This document shows positions 20,202-30,439 of a stretch of DNA of 64,000 bases, piece by piece. The stretch comes from Akkermansiaceae bacterium (GTDB lineage Bacteria; Verrucomicrobiota; Verrucomicrobiia; Verrucomicrobiales; Akkermansiaceae). A program made the translations under genes and the position numbers. Below the pieces are notes generated by a model. It did not search any database, was not told the DNA's origin, and was given only the letters and a program-made list of their open reading frames with translations. How positions within the stretch are numbered: the stretch's first letter is position 1; each line of letters begins with the position of its first letter. The stretch spans positions 3,319 to 67,318 of the forward strand of contig JAQWSX010000006.1 of the NCBI GenBank assembly GCA_029242935.1. The letters run 5' to 3'.

Positions 20202-20852
20202 ATGAAAGAACCATGGAGCATCAAATCACGAGCCCGTGAATGTGCCGAAAGCGGAAACGCTTTTCAGTCGGGACAAAAAATTCGTGCCGCCATTTTCCCG
20301 GATCCGGACTCGTCCGGCTATCTCCGAAAGGACTACGCGATCGAGTCATGGGAAAATCGTGAGGGCGAAGAAAATCCATTTTCGTGTTGGCTTACAACTT
20401 ACGAGCCACCGGTTACCGAAGAAAAAGCCGAGGATGTTGTTGATGACGACCCCGAAACCCTCCTGAAGCGCCTCGTCGATGAAGAAGAAGAACACACGGA
20501 GAATGCCCGATATATTCTAGCCGTTATGCTCGAGCGGAAAAAGTTGCTTCGAGAAACCGACACTCAGGAAATTCCGTCAGGAATCCTACGAATTTACGAG
20601 CATCGTAAATCCGGTGATGTTTATATCATCAAGGACCCCCAAATCTCTCTCGCCGACGTTGATCGTGTTCAAGAAGAAGTCCGTCAACTCCTTGATCCTG
20701 AACCTCCCGCCGCTCTTACCGAAGAGACTTCTGAAACTCTTGAGTCAACTGATGGACGCTCTCCAGAAAAGCCTATCAACTCGGAATCAGATTCAAAAGA
20801 TCAAGGAGAGGATGAATCCTCAGAACTAAAAAACACCGACGAGGCGGAATAA
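20202..20852 (+). CDS. Hypothetical acidic cytoplasmic protein
   Basis: It is a clean 216-aa ORF. It starts 9 nt after the permease stop, and its stop overlaps the dusB start (TAATG). The C-terminal tail is strongly acidic, and I found no known motif. Confidence 0.55.
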   Translation: MKEPWSIKSRARECAESGNAFQSGQKIRAAIFPDPDSSGYLRKDYAIESWENREGEENPFSCWLTTYEPPVTEEKAEDVVDDDPETLLKRLVDEEEEHTENARYILAVMLERKKLLRETDTQEIPSGILRIYEHRKSGDVYIIKDPQISLADVDRVQEEVRQLLDPEPPAALTEETSETLESTDGRSPEKPINSESDSKDQGEDESSELKNTDEAE

Positions 20853-21889
20853 TGCTCCCTTGGTTCAAGGATCAATTTCCGATCTATCTCGCACCTATGG
20901 CGGGCGTGACTGATGTCACTTTTCGCACACTGTGCAAGGAATTGGGTGCCGATGTCATGGTTACAGAATTTGTCTCGGCCGAAGGCATCATACAAGCCGA
21001 CCACCGAACCCGAAAATACACTACCTTTACCGATGAGCAGCGCCCCGTTGGCGTTCAGCTTTTCGGAGCCGATGGCGACCGAATGGGCGAAGCCGCGAAA
21101 AAAATCATTGATTGGAAACAGCCCGATTTTATCGATCTCAATTTTGGCTGCCCGGTGAATAAAGTAGTCTCAAAAAACGGAGGCTCTTCACTTTTAAAAG
21201 ACTGTCCACTTTTGACTGATACAGCCGCAAAAATAGTCAAAGCAGTTGGGGGACAAGTCCCTGTCACAGGAAAAATAAGAATCGGCTGGGACCAAAGGTC
21301 TATCAATGCCCCCCACGTCTGTCACCTTCTCGAGAACTGCGGCATTCAGGCAATTGCAATTCATGGCCGCACCCGTTCGCAGGGATATCGTGGCGAAGCT
21401 GACTGGGAGGTCATAAACGAATGCGCACAATCCTCCGGAATTCCGATCATTGGCAATGGGGACATCAACTCAGCTGAGGTCCTGAAATACCGCAAGGAAA
21501 CAACAGCCGTTGCCGGGGTAATGATCGGGAGAGCGGCGATGCAAAACCCGTGGATTTTTTCCGAAGCAAAGGGCTTCCTGAAAGACGGGAAAATCCCTCC
21601 TCGGCCGAGCATCGCCGAGCGCTGGAGCTTTGTCATTCGTCATTGCCGCCTCGCAGTGGAGTCTGATCGCTATGGAGAAGAAAAGCACACCCTCATGGCA
21701 ATGCGCTCGCGCTTGATGACCTACTGCAAAGGATTTCCCGGGGCCAAACCCCTTCGCCAACAACTCTCACAGGTTACCTCAATTGCGGATGTTGAAGAAA
21801 TCGCAGCTCGCAGCGAAAAACTGCGTAAAGAAAGCCCGGAACAACCAAGACCCGATTATTTTTGCTCTTCTGAAGATAAAGAGAGTTGA
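20852..21889 (+). CDS. dusB: tRNA-dihydrouridine synthase
   Basis: It has the FMN/TIM-barrel Dus motifs LAPMAGVTDVTFR, DLNFGCP (catalytic Cys), IHGRTR and VMIGRAA. Confidence 0.88.
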   Translation: MLPWFKDQFPIYLAPMAGVTDVTFRTLCKELGADVMVTEFVSAEGIIQADHRTRKYTTFTDEQRPVGVQLFGADGDRMGEAAKKIIDWKQPDFIDLNFGCPVNKVVSKNGGSSLLKDCPLLTDTAAKIVKAVGGQVPVTGKIRIGWDQRSINAPHVCHLLENCGIQAIAIHGRTRSQGYRGEADWEVINECAQSSGIPIIGNGDINSAEVLKYRKETTAVAGVMIGRAAMQNPWIFSEAKGFLKDGKIPPRPSIAERWSFVIRHCRLAVESDRYGEEKHTLMAMRSRLMTYCKGFPGAKPLRQQLSQVTSIADVEEIAARSEKLRKESPEQPRPDYFCSSEDKES

Positions 21890-21920
21890 ATTAAATTTCG
21901 ATGGGGCCTAGCTTCAAAAA

Positions 21921-22757
21921 ATGTGCGCGCGTCTAACAACTTTCGCCCTTTTTTTGGGGGCCTCCATGCTCTCAGCGGAAACCGTTTCCGACCGACTGGA
22001 TCACCTCGAGTCCGACCTTGCTAAAATCAAAGTCCTCCTGCAAAAAATGGCCGACGAGAACCACAAACAATTCGGCTCTTCAAACCCCCAACCCGCAAAG
22101 GACAGCGATCAATCCTATCGAATCCGTTCCGGAGATTCCTATTGGTCGATCGCGCGGCGCTACAAGACCACGGTATCAGCTCTTCTAGGAGCCAATCCAG
22201 GCATTAACCCGCACCGACTCACAATCGGCACAAAAATCACTATTCCGGGCGGCAGAGCACCTCATAAGCGCTCTTCAGCAATTCGAACCCATCGCGTGAA
22301 AAGTGGGGACATCCTGGGTCGCATTTCAATCGAGTATGGAATACCAATGAAACAACTTCTCAGTGCTAATCCAGGTCTGAACCCCCAAATACTCAAAAGT
22401 GGAACTATCCTGAACATCCCGGGTACCAGCTCCAAGCTTCCTCCCATCGCTCATGTCAAAAAAGTGTCTAAAAGGACCCAACCTTTGGGAGCTCCAAAAA
22501 TCGCGGTTCAACCAACCCAACGGAACGATTCAGAACTTTCAAAGACCGGGGAATTCAAGAAAATCGAAATTCGCAAATCAGAGGAAGGCGATCTAAAGAA
22601 GCCCCGCCTCGTTGTCATTGAGGAGAACCTCCGCTTTTTCGAGATTGCCGAGCTTTACGAAACAACAGTCATGGATCTAAACAAGCTCAACAAACGTAAC
22701 CTTAGTCCTAAGCAAATGATTAAAAGTGGATCCCAGCTCTATATTCTGTCTCGTTAG
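21921..22757 (+). CDS. Secreted protein with three LysM domains
   Basis: It has a signal peptide (FALFLGASMLSAE). Three LysM units are present: YRIRSGDSYWSIARRY...GTKITIP, HRVKSGDILGRISIEY...GTILNIP and FFEIAELYETTVMDL...GSQLYIL. Confidence 0.85.
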   Translation: MCARLTTFALFLGASMLSAETVSDRLDHLESDLAKIKVLLQKMADENHKQFGSSNPQPAKDSDQSYRIRSGDSYWSIARRYKTTVSALLGANPGINPHRLTIGTKITIPGGRAPHKRSSAIRTHRVKSGDILGRISIEYGIPMKQLLSANPGLNPQILKSGTILNIPGTSSKLPPIAHVKKVSKRTQPLGAPKIAVQPTQRNDSELSKTGEFKKIEIRKSEEGDLKKPRLVVIEENLRFFEIAELYETTVMDLNKLNKRNLSPKQMIKSGSQLYILSR

Positions 22758-22798
22758 CAGACTTGCCAACCAACACCCCTCTCGCTAGTCTCTGCAGT

Positions 22799-23296
22799 AT
22801 GGAGAGCCACGAGATTCTTAAAAATGCCTTTAAAAATTGCAGCCCAAAAGAGGTTGCAGGAGAGTTGGGTGTCTCACTTTCCCTTGTTTACAAATGGGCC
22901 CAAGAACAATCTGAAAGCGGAAGCGGCTCCCGCAATCCGCTTGATCGCCTTCTGGAAATCGTTCGCCTCACTGAAGAAGAACGGATCATTGAGTGGCTTT
23001 GCGAGCGATGCAACGGCTACTTTGTGCGTAATCCAGCTAGCTCCTCCCTGCACAGTTCTGAAGTTCTACCAGCTACTAACGAGATTGTTTCCCAGTTCTC
23101 TAACCTCCTTTCCAGAATCTCGCAAGCAGCGGTCGATAACTCAATCACCCTAGATGAAGCCCAAGAAATTCGGGAACAATGGGACCGCCTAAAGTGTATC
23201 GGAGAAGGCTTTGTCCGTTGCTGTGAGGAAGGCGACTTTACAAAGATGGAAGTCGAGAAAGAAAGGGAGTCTGGTCCTCGGAAAACTCTCTACTAA
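22799..23296 (+). CDS. Helix-turn-helix regulator resembling the phage CII (CP76-type) family
   Basis: It lies in the frame of ORF 22763-23296, with the start taken at ATG 22799. The HTH-like segment is CSPKEVAGELGVSLSLVYKWAQE, followed by Cys-containing and helical regions. The overall layout resembles CP76/CII regulators. The assignment is by eye only. Confidence 0.45.
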   Translation: MESHEILKNAFKNCSPKEVAGELGVSLSLVYKWAQEQSESGSGSRNPLDRLLEIVRLTEEERIIEWLCERCNGYFVRNPASSSLHSSEVLPATNEIVSQFSNLLSRISQAAVDNSITLDEAQEIREQWDRLKCIGEGFVRCCEEGDFTKMEVEKERESGPRKTLY

Positions 23297-23357
23297 AAGC
23301 TGAAATACTTTTTGATCCCGGTTGCCCGTTCACCCGGGTCAAGTTATAGCTAAGGAG

Positions 23358-24638
23358 ATGTCGACTGAAGTCCGGACCCGCTTTGCCCCCTCGCCCACTG
23401 GCTACCTCCACGTCGGGGGGGCTCGAACCGCGTTGTTTAACTGGCTCTACGCCAAGCATCACGGAGGGACCTTCGTACTCCGAGTTGAGGACACCGACGA
23501 AGCACGAAACACCGAAGCCGCAAGATCCGCAATTTTTGAGGGTCTGGAATGGCTAGGTCTCGACTGGGAAGGCCCGGGAAATGAAGGCGATTGCGGCCCT
23601 TACTACCAGTCCGAGCGTTCCAATATTTATCTCGAATGGTTTGAAAAGCTCGTTAAGGAAGATCGAGTTTACAAAGACGACGGAGCTTGGCGTTTTCGCT
23701 TCGAACGTAAACTAATCACTATGAATGATCTCGTTTGCGGCGAGGTGACAATTGACTACAGGGATGACTCGAACACTCCCGATATGGTAGTCCGCCGTTC
23801 GGACGGATCTTTTGTATTTCACTTCGTCAATATGGTAGATGACCTCACGATGGGGATCACCCATGCTATTCGAGGAGAGGACCACCTTATGAACACACCG
23901 AAGCACCTTCAGCTCTTCGAAGCCTTCGGCGCAACTCCTCCAAAATACGCTCATATCCCCCTTATCCTAAATGGTAACGGCTCCAAGATGTCAAAACGCG
24001 ACGAAGGCGCCGCCTTGAGCGACTATCCAAAGCGAGGTTTTCTACCCGGGGCGGTCGTCAACTTCTTGGCCTTACTCGGGTGGTCACCAAAGGATGAAAG
24101 CGAAATATTTTCGACCGCCGAATTAATTCAAAAATTCTCGCTCGATGCAATCAACCGCGCACCTGCTCGCTTCGATCCCGATAAATGCCGATGGGTCAAC
24201 CAGCAACACATTCTGGGAATGTCAGCGGAGGAATTCGCAAACCGATGTGAAAGTCTAGCAAGCGCTGAAATGCTTTATTCCGTGCAGGCAAAAGTGAGCC
24301 TACTCACCGAAGTTCCAGACGCTGTAGCTTTCTATCTTGATTCTGAATTCCCAATCAATTCGGATGCTCTCACCAAGGTGAAAGGCAATGAAAATGTGAG
24401 TGCTTTGCTCAACAGTCTAGCTGGAGATTTTGAGAACCTTGAGAGCTGGGACCTAGCAAAAGAAACGATTACTTTAACAGCTAAGGCGGCCGGAGCAAAA
24501 CCAGGACAGCTCATGTTTCCGCTGAGAATTGCACTTTCGGGTAAACCGGGGGGTCCTGATTTGGGGGCAATTCTTACCATCCTTGGTAAAAGAGAGTGCG
24601 TCCGCCGACTCCAACGATTCACCGCCCTTCTCGCATGA
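23358..24638 (+). CDS. gltX: Glutamate--tRNA ligase
   Basis: It has the HIGH-type motif RFAPSPTGYLHVGGARTALFN and KMSKRD. The start is taken at ATG 23358 (MSTEVRTRF). Confidence 0.92.
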   Translation: MSTEVRTRFAPSPTGYLHVGGARTALFNWLYAKHHGGTFVLRVEDTDEARNTEAARSAIFEGLEWLGLDWEGPGNEGDCGPYYQSERSNIYLEWFEKLVKEDRVYKDDGAWRFRFERKLITMNDLVCGEVTIDYRDDSNTPDMVVRRSDGSFVFHFVNMVDDLTMGITHAIRGEDHLMNTPKHLQLFEAFGATPPKYAHIPLILNGNGSKMSKRDEGAALSDYPKRGFLPGAVVNFLALLGWSPKDESEIFSTAELIQKFSLDAINRAPARFDPDKCRWVNQQHILGMSAEEFANRCESLASAEMLYSVQAKVSLLTEVPDAVAFYLDSEFPINSDALTKVKGNENVSALLNSLAGDFENLESWDLAKETITLTAKAAGAKPGQLMFPLRIALSGKPGGPDLGAILTILGKRECVRRLQRFTALLA

Positions 24639-25558
24639 AATACTATACGATCGATCAACTTTCGAGCCTGAATAAAGACCAGGAGAAGCTCGCGCGTTTT
24701 GCAGTCATCGGTAACCCGGTAAAACATTCGCTGTCCCCGCAACTTCATCAACCTGCTCTTGATGATTTGGGGGAAGATGCGCGCTATCTCCGTGTCGAAG
24801 TAGAGGAAGGCCAGGTAAGCGAAGCATTTCAGAAGCTTTATGACGCTGGAATCCATGGAATCAACGTGACGGTTCCCCATAAACTCGAAGCTCTTGAAGC
24901 ATGCGACATTGTGGATCCCGCCGCACAAAACATGGGGGCCGTCAATACCATCGTCTTTGATCAAAAAGGAAACCGCACCGGCTTCAACACCGATGGGCCC
25001 GGTTTCGCTAGGGCCATTCGCGAGGAATTCTCGGTCGATCTTGGCGATTTAAAGGTCGTCATTATTGGCGCTGGGGGAGGAGCTGGGCGTGCCATCGCCA
25101 CCCAATGCGCTATCGAAAACTGTCCACAGGTAATTTTAGCGAACCGGACACTCGAGAAACTTCAGCCCATAGAAGAGCAGCTCTCAAATTTAATCCATCG
25201 TGAAGACCTAAAAGGTCCGCGCGACCGGATCGAGATCATCGCCCTTTCTGATCCTTCGCTCGAGCGGGCCATCGAGTCTAGCGAACTGATCATTAACACC
25301 ACTTCGGTTGGCCTCAAGGCTACTGATCCGTCACCATTTCCGTCCCGCTGGGTAGAGCCACATCACCTTGTTTACGACACCATTTACAATCCGGCGCGCA
25401 CCCGACTCCTGAGAGAATCGCAGGAGCAAGGCGCAAGGGTCGCTAACGGCCTTTCATTACTCATTCATCAAGGAGCCCTCTCTCTTGAATACTGGTTGAA
25501 TCGGGATGTCCCGCTTGAGGTGATGAGGGAAGGTGTAAAAAACGCCCTCAGGGAGTGA
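24635..25558 (+). CDS. aroE: Shikimate dehydrogenase
   Basis: The start ATG at 24635 overlaps the gltX stop (ATGA). Motifs include VIGNPVKHSLSPQLH, NVTVPHK, GFNTDG and the NADP loop GAGGGAGRA. Confidence 0.9.
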   Translation: MKYYTIDQLSSLNKDQEKLARFAVIGNPVKHSLSPQLHQPALDDLGEDARYLRVEVEEGQVSEAFQKLYDAGIHGINVTVPHKLEALEACDIVDPAAQNMGAVNTIVFDQKGNRTGFNTDGPGFARAIREEFSVDLGDLKVVIIGAGGGAGRAIATQCAIENCPQVILANRTLEKLQPIEEQLSNLIHREDLKGPRDRIEIIALSDPSLERAIESSELIINTTSVGLKATDPSPFPSRWVEPHHLVYDTIYNPARTRLLRESQEQGARVANGLSLLIHQGALSLEYWLNRDVPLEVMREGVKNALRE

Positions 25559-26732
25559 CCCAACCATCGTTCAAGTATTCAACAATCTCGAATTGTCCTT
25601 CTGCGCCGATTTCGTTGTCAAACTTGAGGCGCAGAGTGACTTTTTCATCCTGCAAAGGAGGTTCAGTGGAGACACCGCTTCCGTAATTTAGAAGTAGACG
25701 AAAATCTCGGTCAATAGACTTGCCTCCTGGTTTATCTAAATTGACATAAGCGAAGATAAACTCGTCGGAGACCTCTCCAGTTAATACATATCCCGAGTAA
25801 TTGTCCTGCCCGAAACTCTGGTCATATCCGGGCTTCTTTCCGACTCTACAGCGAAGAAAAATCTCATTAAGAGGCATTTCCTTAGCCAACTGATTAACGC
25901 TCATTTCTGACCAGCCTATGCTCGCATCCCAATCGAGGACCAACTGATCCTCATTTCCTTGAACAAAGAATACTTCGAAGGGGGTTCCGTTTTCACGCTT
26001 TCCAGTCAGAGAAACATAAGCCCTCTCTTTTGAACCAGTTAAATTTGAAGAGTTTACTAGATTGGCAGACCAAGAGAATTGTGACCAAGCATTGGTCAAC
26101 AAGGGACTCCCCCAGTCATCGAAGTTCACAGTGGCATCACCCCGGAAAGCAGATTCACGTAACCTTTTATCGATCGCATCTAGTTTCTCCCTTTGATTGA
26201 GCATTCCGATTGTCTTCTTGGCCTCGTCGAGAAACGTGACAGAATCATCGTAAAACCAAGTTAACGCATCGTCTTCAAGAGGCGTCAGGCTTTCCTCCAG
26301 ATTCCCCAAAGGAGTTCTATCTACCTTTTCCCCGTCTTGGTTCGTCCAGATCACAAGTCCCACCACCACCACTAAAACGGTGGAAATTACCCCACCGATA
26401 ACGATCCAAAGCCAAGTCGTCGAACGTTTCTTAGTCCCCCACACCTCATCCAGAGGCCTGTCATCCTCCTTCTTCCTCTTGAGGCGTCTAAGCTGCTCTG
26501 CTACGTCGACTGGCCCGAAGTCTTCATCCTCATCATGCATTCCGATGAGTAGTTCCTTGGCTTTTGCAAACAGCTTATTGGCCTCCTCTTTCCCAGAAGA
26601 AGACTCTGATGATTTAAGTCGTCTTTTGCGAACGCGACGCTTTTTTCGAACCATTCCATCTGGAATCGGTTCGTCGGCATTACTCTCATCAGCTTCACTC
26701 ATTACTACAGACTCTTTTTGATTATTCGTCAC
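25548..26732 (-). CDS. Hypothetical single-pass membrane protein (paralog B), last gene of the hscA operon
   Basis: It has an acidic then basic N-terminal head (RKKRRVRKRRLK) and one TM helix (WLWIVIGGVISTVLVVVVGLVIW). An external domain of about 270 aa follows. It overlaps the upstream gene by 11 nt. Several blocks align with the protein encoded at 26722-28092. Confidence 0.6.
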   Translation of the reverse strand: MTNNQKESVVMSEADESNADEPIPDGMVRKKRRVRKRRLKSSESSSGKEEANKLFAKAKELLIGMHDEDEDFGPVDVAEQLRRLKRKKEDDRPLDEVWGTKKRSTTWLWIVIGGVISTVLVVVVGLVIWTNQDGEKVDRTPLGNLEESLTPLEDDALTWFYDDSVTFLDEAKKTIGMLNQREKLDAIDKRLRESAFRGDATVNFDDWGSPLLTNAWSQFSWSANLVNSSNLTGSKERAYVSLTGKRENGTPFEVFFVQGNEDQLVLDWDASIGWSEMSVNQLAKEMPLNEIFLRCRVGKKPGYDQSFGQDNYSGYVLTGEVSDEFIFAYVNLDKPGGKSIDRDFRLLLNYGSGVSTEPPLQDEKVTLRLKFDNEIGAEGQFEIVEYLNDGWVTP

Positions 26733-28092
26733 CCAACGACTCGGAGAGCCCTTCTAATAGTTCTTCGGCAGAAGCATCTTTCGCGTTTTGTCTCAATTTT
26801 ATAATTCGCTCACCAAACCAGCCTGCTCCAATGATTTCTTTCAAGACCAAATGACTCTCATCGCCTTTTTTTGCTTCCCACCCAAGACGAACCGTAATTC
26901 TCATGTAGGTCTGTGGGTCAGGATCCAGAGCTCTTCCTAAAATCGATCCCATTGGGCCAATCTCTTCCTGATGATCATTCCAAAGCTGCATGAATTCCTT
27001 TGCAAGGTCGCTACTCGCAGGAAGATCAATTTCGGGTGATTCGGTTCTTTTGAACTCACCTTCACTCTCTTTGACATGCGGGGCTCTATAAAAGCTTACA
27101 GAGATTTTCTTCTTATCATCCGCAGTCCTTCGTTTTCTTACCAACAGACGAAAGGTGCCTTCCTTTGAACCCAACTGATTGTAAAACTTAGACCACAACT
27201 CGGTCGAATAAGGCGCAAAATTTTCCCAGTCAAGCTTCCACGATTTCGTCGTTTTATCTAAAATATGGAGCGTCCCCCACCTATGACCTTCAGAATCTTT
27301 CCAAATGGATTCGACTGCGAGTTCATCCTCCGGGAGCCTAAGGACGTTTACCCCAGTCTGAGTCAATTTCCCCAATGCTCGCGGAAAAGGGTTCTCCCGA
27401 TAATAGTCACTAAAAGCGAGGGAGAGATCAGCTGAACGATCGATAAATTGGGTTTGCCCATTACTTTCAGGTAACTTCATGAATCCCTGAAACTCCCCCT
27501 CAATTTTGACACGGCTCGCTTTTACGATCTGTTGATCCATGGAGTTCAGGCCATTCGGTTCTTCAGGCGCCTTAGATGCTTTCGATGTCCCGAACTTACC
27601 AGTCGTAAAGATCACAAGAACGGCGACCACGACACACAGCCATGCTCCTAAAAACAACATGAGTCCTTTATTCTTCTCCGCCTTTTCTCGCTTTTTCCTT
27701 CGACGGACTCTCCTAGAACCATCAGACATAATCGTCTCATCATCGTTTGAAGACCCAAGGGCTTCATTCCTTGCCTGCTCCAGCGTTTTCACAGCCATCT
27801 TGGGGGAATCAATTACGCCAACCGGCAAAATAGGCGCAGGTTTTTTGCCAGTTAAATTCCGGGTTACTCCGCCAGCCCCCCTCTCCCAATTACCTCCCGG
27901 AATTTGAGTCTTGCCTTCTGACGATCCACTGTTGTTCCCGAATTCGTGCAGACACTCTCCACAAATTACGCCCTCATGAAGTGGCTTGTCGCTTTTCACG
28001 ACAGCCTGACACGAAGGACAAATAAAAACGCCTTTTTTCCCGCTCATAATTCTCTCGCCTTCGAGTCTGTGGGACCACCTCCCTTCAGTCAA
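26722..28092 (-). CDS. Hypothetical single-pass membrane protein with an N-terminal zinc ribbon (paralog A)
   Basis: The zinc ribbon is CPSCQ...18 aa...CGEC. A basic patch ([14 protein letters not shown]) and a TM helix ([19 protein letters not shown]) follow, then an external domain of about 290 aa. The start at 28092 overlaps the hscA stop by 4 nt; ATG 28047 is an alternative start. Confidence 0.6.
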   Translation of the reverse strand: MTEGRWSHRLEGERIMSGKKGVFICPSCQAVVKSDKPLHEGVICGECLHEFGNNSGSSEGKTQIPGGNWERGAGGVTRNLTGKKPAPILPVGVIDSPKMAVKTLEQARNEALGSSNDDETIMSDGSRRVRRRKKREKAEKNKGLMLFLGAWLCVVVAVLVIFTTGKFGTSKASKAPEEPNGLNSMDQQIVKASRVKIEGEFQGFMKLPESNGQTQFIDRSADLSLAFSDYYRENPFPRALGKLTQTGVNVLRLPEDELAVESIWKDSEGHRWGTLHILDKTTKSWKLDWENFAPYSTELWSKFYNQLGSKEGTFRLLVRKRRTADDKKKISVSFYRAPHVKESEGEFKRTESPEIDLPASSDLAKEFMQLWNDHQEEIGPMGSILGRALDPDPQTYMRITVRLGWEAKKGDESHLVLKEIIGAGWFGERIIKLRQNAKDASAEELLEGLSESLGDE

Positions 28093-29849
28093 TCTTGAGG
28101 ACTTGAAAAAATGGCCTTCGTAGCCTCTTCAACCAAAATAGCTGCTAGAGATTCGGTCACATCGTCCAGCCGCTCTACTGAAACCTTCAACTCCGCTACC
28201 TTTTGGCCTTCGATTGCTTTTTCCACCCGCTCTTTAGCCTCCTGAATTTCAGAAATCTCTCTTTGAGTCAAAAAACCGCCGGCCTGCTCCAAGGCAACCC
28301 CAACGGCAGGAAGCAGCTCCTCAGCTTTTAGTCGCGACTCTTCAAAGACTCGTGCATTCATATCCTCAAAAGCAAACTCAACACTCTCACTCACCATTTG
28401 TTCCACCTTCGCCTCCTGCACATCGACAGCGGCACTACCGATGCTAACGACAGTATCAACATTACTCGCAACATCCCGAGCCAAAACCGACAAGATCCCG
28501 TCGGCATCAATTCGGAACTCAACTCCGACTCGCGCCTGCCCCCGGCGATCAGGTTCAAACTGAACCTCGAAAGATCCCAGCTCCCAGTTGTCTTTTGCCA
28601 ACTCTCTTTCTCCCTGCAAAACCCGAACCTTCATTGACTTCTGCCCTTCCACGGCATTGGTAAACATCTCGCCAGCTCGGCACGGAATCGTAGTATTCCT
28701 AGAAATTAACACGTTCATTAAACCTCCCATCGTTTCGATCCCCAGACTGAGAGGAGTCACATCGAGCAAAAGAACTTCACGAACCGTCCCAGCCAGAATA
28801 CCAGCCTGAATCGCCGCGCCACGTGCAATCGCCTCATCTGGGTGCTGGCTTAAATCCGGTTCTTGTTCAAAAATCATTGCCACCCGATCCTTTACCATTG
28901 GTATCCGACTACTCCCTCCAACCATCACTATGGCAGCAAGGTCTTTGCCCGTCACTTCCGCATCCAGCATCGCTCTTCGGCAACACGACTCCATTCGAGC
29001 CAAAAAGGGTTTCATCAATCCTAGGAAAGCGCCCCTTGACACCAACACTTCGCCCGTAAACGGAATTCTAAAGGTAGCCTCCTCAGCCTCACTGAGAGCT
29101 AGCTTCACACGACAACCTTCTGATATCCACTGCACCCTCTCCATGGCTTCAAACTCACCAAGATCGAGACCCAACTTGCCCGCAGCGAATCCGGCGATCG
29201 CCTCATCAAAGTCATCTCCGCCCAAATCAGTATCTCCAGAAGTTGAAGAAACCTCGAAAACACCTTCTCTCATTTCCAGAACCGAGACATCAAAAGTCCC
29301 ACCTCCAAGGTCGAACACCGCAACGCGGGAACTCTCGTCCAAACGGTCTAGTCCATAGGAAAGCGCAGCTGCCGTGGGCTCGCTAAGGATACGCACTACC
29401 TCCAATCCAGCAAGCCGCCCTGCCTTTTTAGTCGCTGCCCGCTGCCCATCGTGAAAGTAAGCCGGGACTGTTAGAACAGCCTTGATTACTTCAGTTTCGA
29501 GACGGTTCTCAGCAATTCGCTTAAGAACAGCCAAGATCTCCGCTGAAATTTCCTCAGGAAGCTTCAACCCAGCAGCTGTACTGATGCGTCCATCCGGCAT
29601 CAATCCCCCTTCGGATTCGCTAGCCCTCCTTCCGATTAAACTCTTCACACTCGTGTGCACCTCTTCAACCCCAGCAAGACGCAGAGCATCGTGTCCGACT
29701 TTAATCTCACCATTTTTAGAATACCACACTGCACTGGGAACCAGTGAACGACCTTCCTCATCAGCAAGCAGAAGAGGGAAGCCCGAATCCACTACAGCGA
29801 CAGCCGACTGGGTCGTGCCCAGATCAATCCCGATAATCACCTCACTCAT
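28089..29849 (-). CDS. hscA: Hsp70-family chaperone, HscA-like
   Basis: It has the Hsp70 signatures [28 protein letters not shown] and [12 protein letters not shown], and a full substrate-binding domain. At 586 aa it is shorter than DnaK. It follows a J-protein and an A-type Fe-S carrier. Confidence 0.75.
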   Translation of the reverse strand: MSEVIIGIDLGTTQSAVAVVDSGFPLLLADEEGRSLVPSAVWYSKNGEIKVGHDALRLAGVEEVHTSVKSLIGRRASESEGGLMPDGRISTAAGLKLPEEISAEILAVLKRIAENRLETEVIKAVLTVPAYFHDGQRAATKKAGRLAGLEVVRILSEPTAAALSYGLDRLDESSRVAVFDLGGGTFDVSVLEMREGVFEVSSTSGDTDLGGDDFDEAIAGFAAGKLGLDLGEFEAMERVQWISEGCRVKLALSEAEEATFRIPFTGEVLVSRGAFLGLMKPFLARMESCCRRAMLDAEVTGKDLAAIVMVGGSSRIPMVKDRVAMIFEQEPDLSQHPDEAIARGAAIQAGILAGTVREVLLLDVTPLSLGIETMGGLMNVLISRNTTIPCRAGEMFTNAVEGQKSMKVRVLQGERELAKDNWELGSFEVQFEPDRRGQARVGVEFRIDADGILSVLARDVASNVDTVVSIGSAAVDVQEAKVEQMVSESVEFAFEDMNARVFEESRLKAEELLPAVGVALEQAGGFLTQREISEIQEAKERVEKAIEGQKVAELKVSVERLDDVTESLAAILVEEATKAIFSSPQD

Positions 29850-29869
29850 GATAGGGATTTAAGACCAAG

Positions 29870-30439
29870 TCACCCTCCGAGCAAGGACTCAAAAAGCTTT
29901 CCGTTCGCTTCCCTCAGTTGCCCAGACCATTTCGTCAAAAAGATCAAACCTCGAGCAACTTCACTCATCTCCACCTCGCATTCAGCCCACCCTTTTTCAT
30001 CAAAGCTCTTGAAACTCGCGATCATTGCTGAGTTCAGCTGGTTCAACTTATTAGACACCAGCCCTAGATCGCCTTTTAACCTTGGAACACGTATATCTAA
30101 AACAGCCTTGCCTAGGCTACTCAACGCCTTCGATCGCTCGGACACAAAAGAATCAACATCCTGTAAAACCGAGGCAACAAGAGAAAAATATTCCATCACT
30201 TTCGCCGGGATTTTGCCGCGTTCATCAAAGGTAAGTCCCTCACATTCAATTGCAGCCCGGATTCGCTTCGCCGGAGAGTTCAAAATCTCGCCAGCTAGAC
30301 GGATTTTCAAAAACAAATCCTGATCGCCTCCGAGATCCGGATGATGGAGTTGACTGGCCACTAAAAGACAACGGTCAATGTCTGCGTCTTTCAAATCGAG
30401 CTTTCGAGGAACACCAATTAGAGCGAATGGATCCGTCAT
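29870..30439 (-). CDS. hscB: J-domain co-chaperone, HscB-like
   Basis: The N-terminal J-domain carries the HPD motif (DPFALIGVPRKLDL...ASQLHHPDLGG). The length is 189 aa. It overlaps the upstream gene by 4 nt and lies 20 nt upstream of hscA. Confidence 0.6.
   Translation of the reverse strand: MTDPFALIGVPRKLDLKDADIDRCLLVASQLHHPDLGGDQDLFLKIRLAGEILNSPAKRIRAAIECEGLTFDERGKIPAKVMEYFSLVASVLQDVDSFVSERSKALSSLGKAVLDIRVPRLKGDLGLVSNKLNQLNSAMIASFKSFDEKGWAECEVEMSEVARGLIFLTKWSGQLREANGKLFESLLGG

Noticed and set aside
21921-23296. Prophage remnant, suggested by the CII-like regulator
   Set aside because: No integrase, terminase, capsid, tail or lysis genes lie nearby, and both flanks are housekeeping genes. 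I treated it as an isolated regulator.
24332-24964. 210-aa minus-strand ORF spanning the gltX/aroE junction
   Set aside because: It is antisense to two well-supported housekeeping genes. Its composition is typical of a shadow frame.
27814-27831. ILPVGV in the cytoplasmic head of the zinc-ribbon membrane protein as an IscU LPPVK-like HscA recognition motif
   Set aside because: It shares only the Leu-Pro with LPPVK. That is too weak to claim without conservation data or binding tests.
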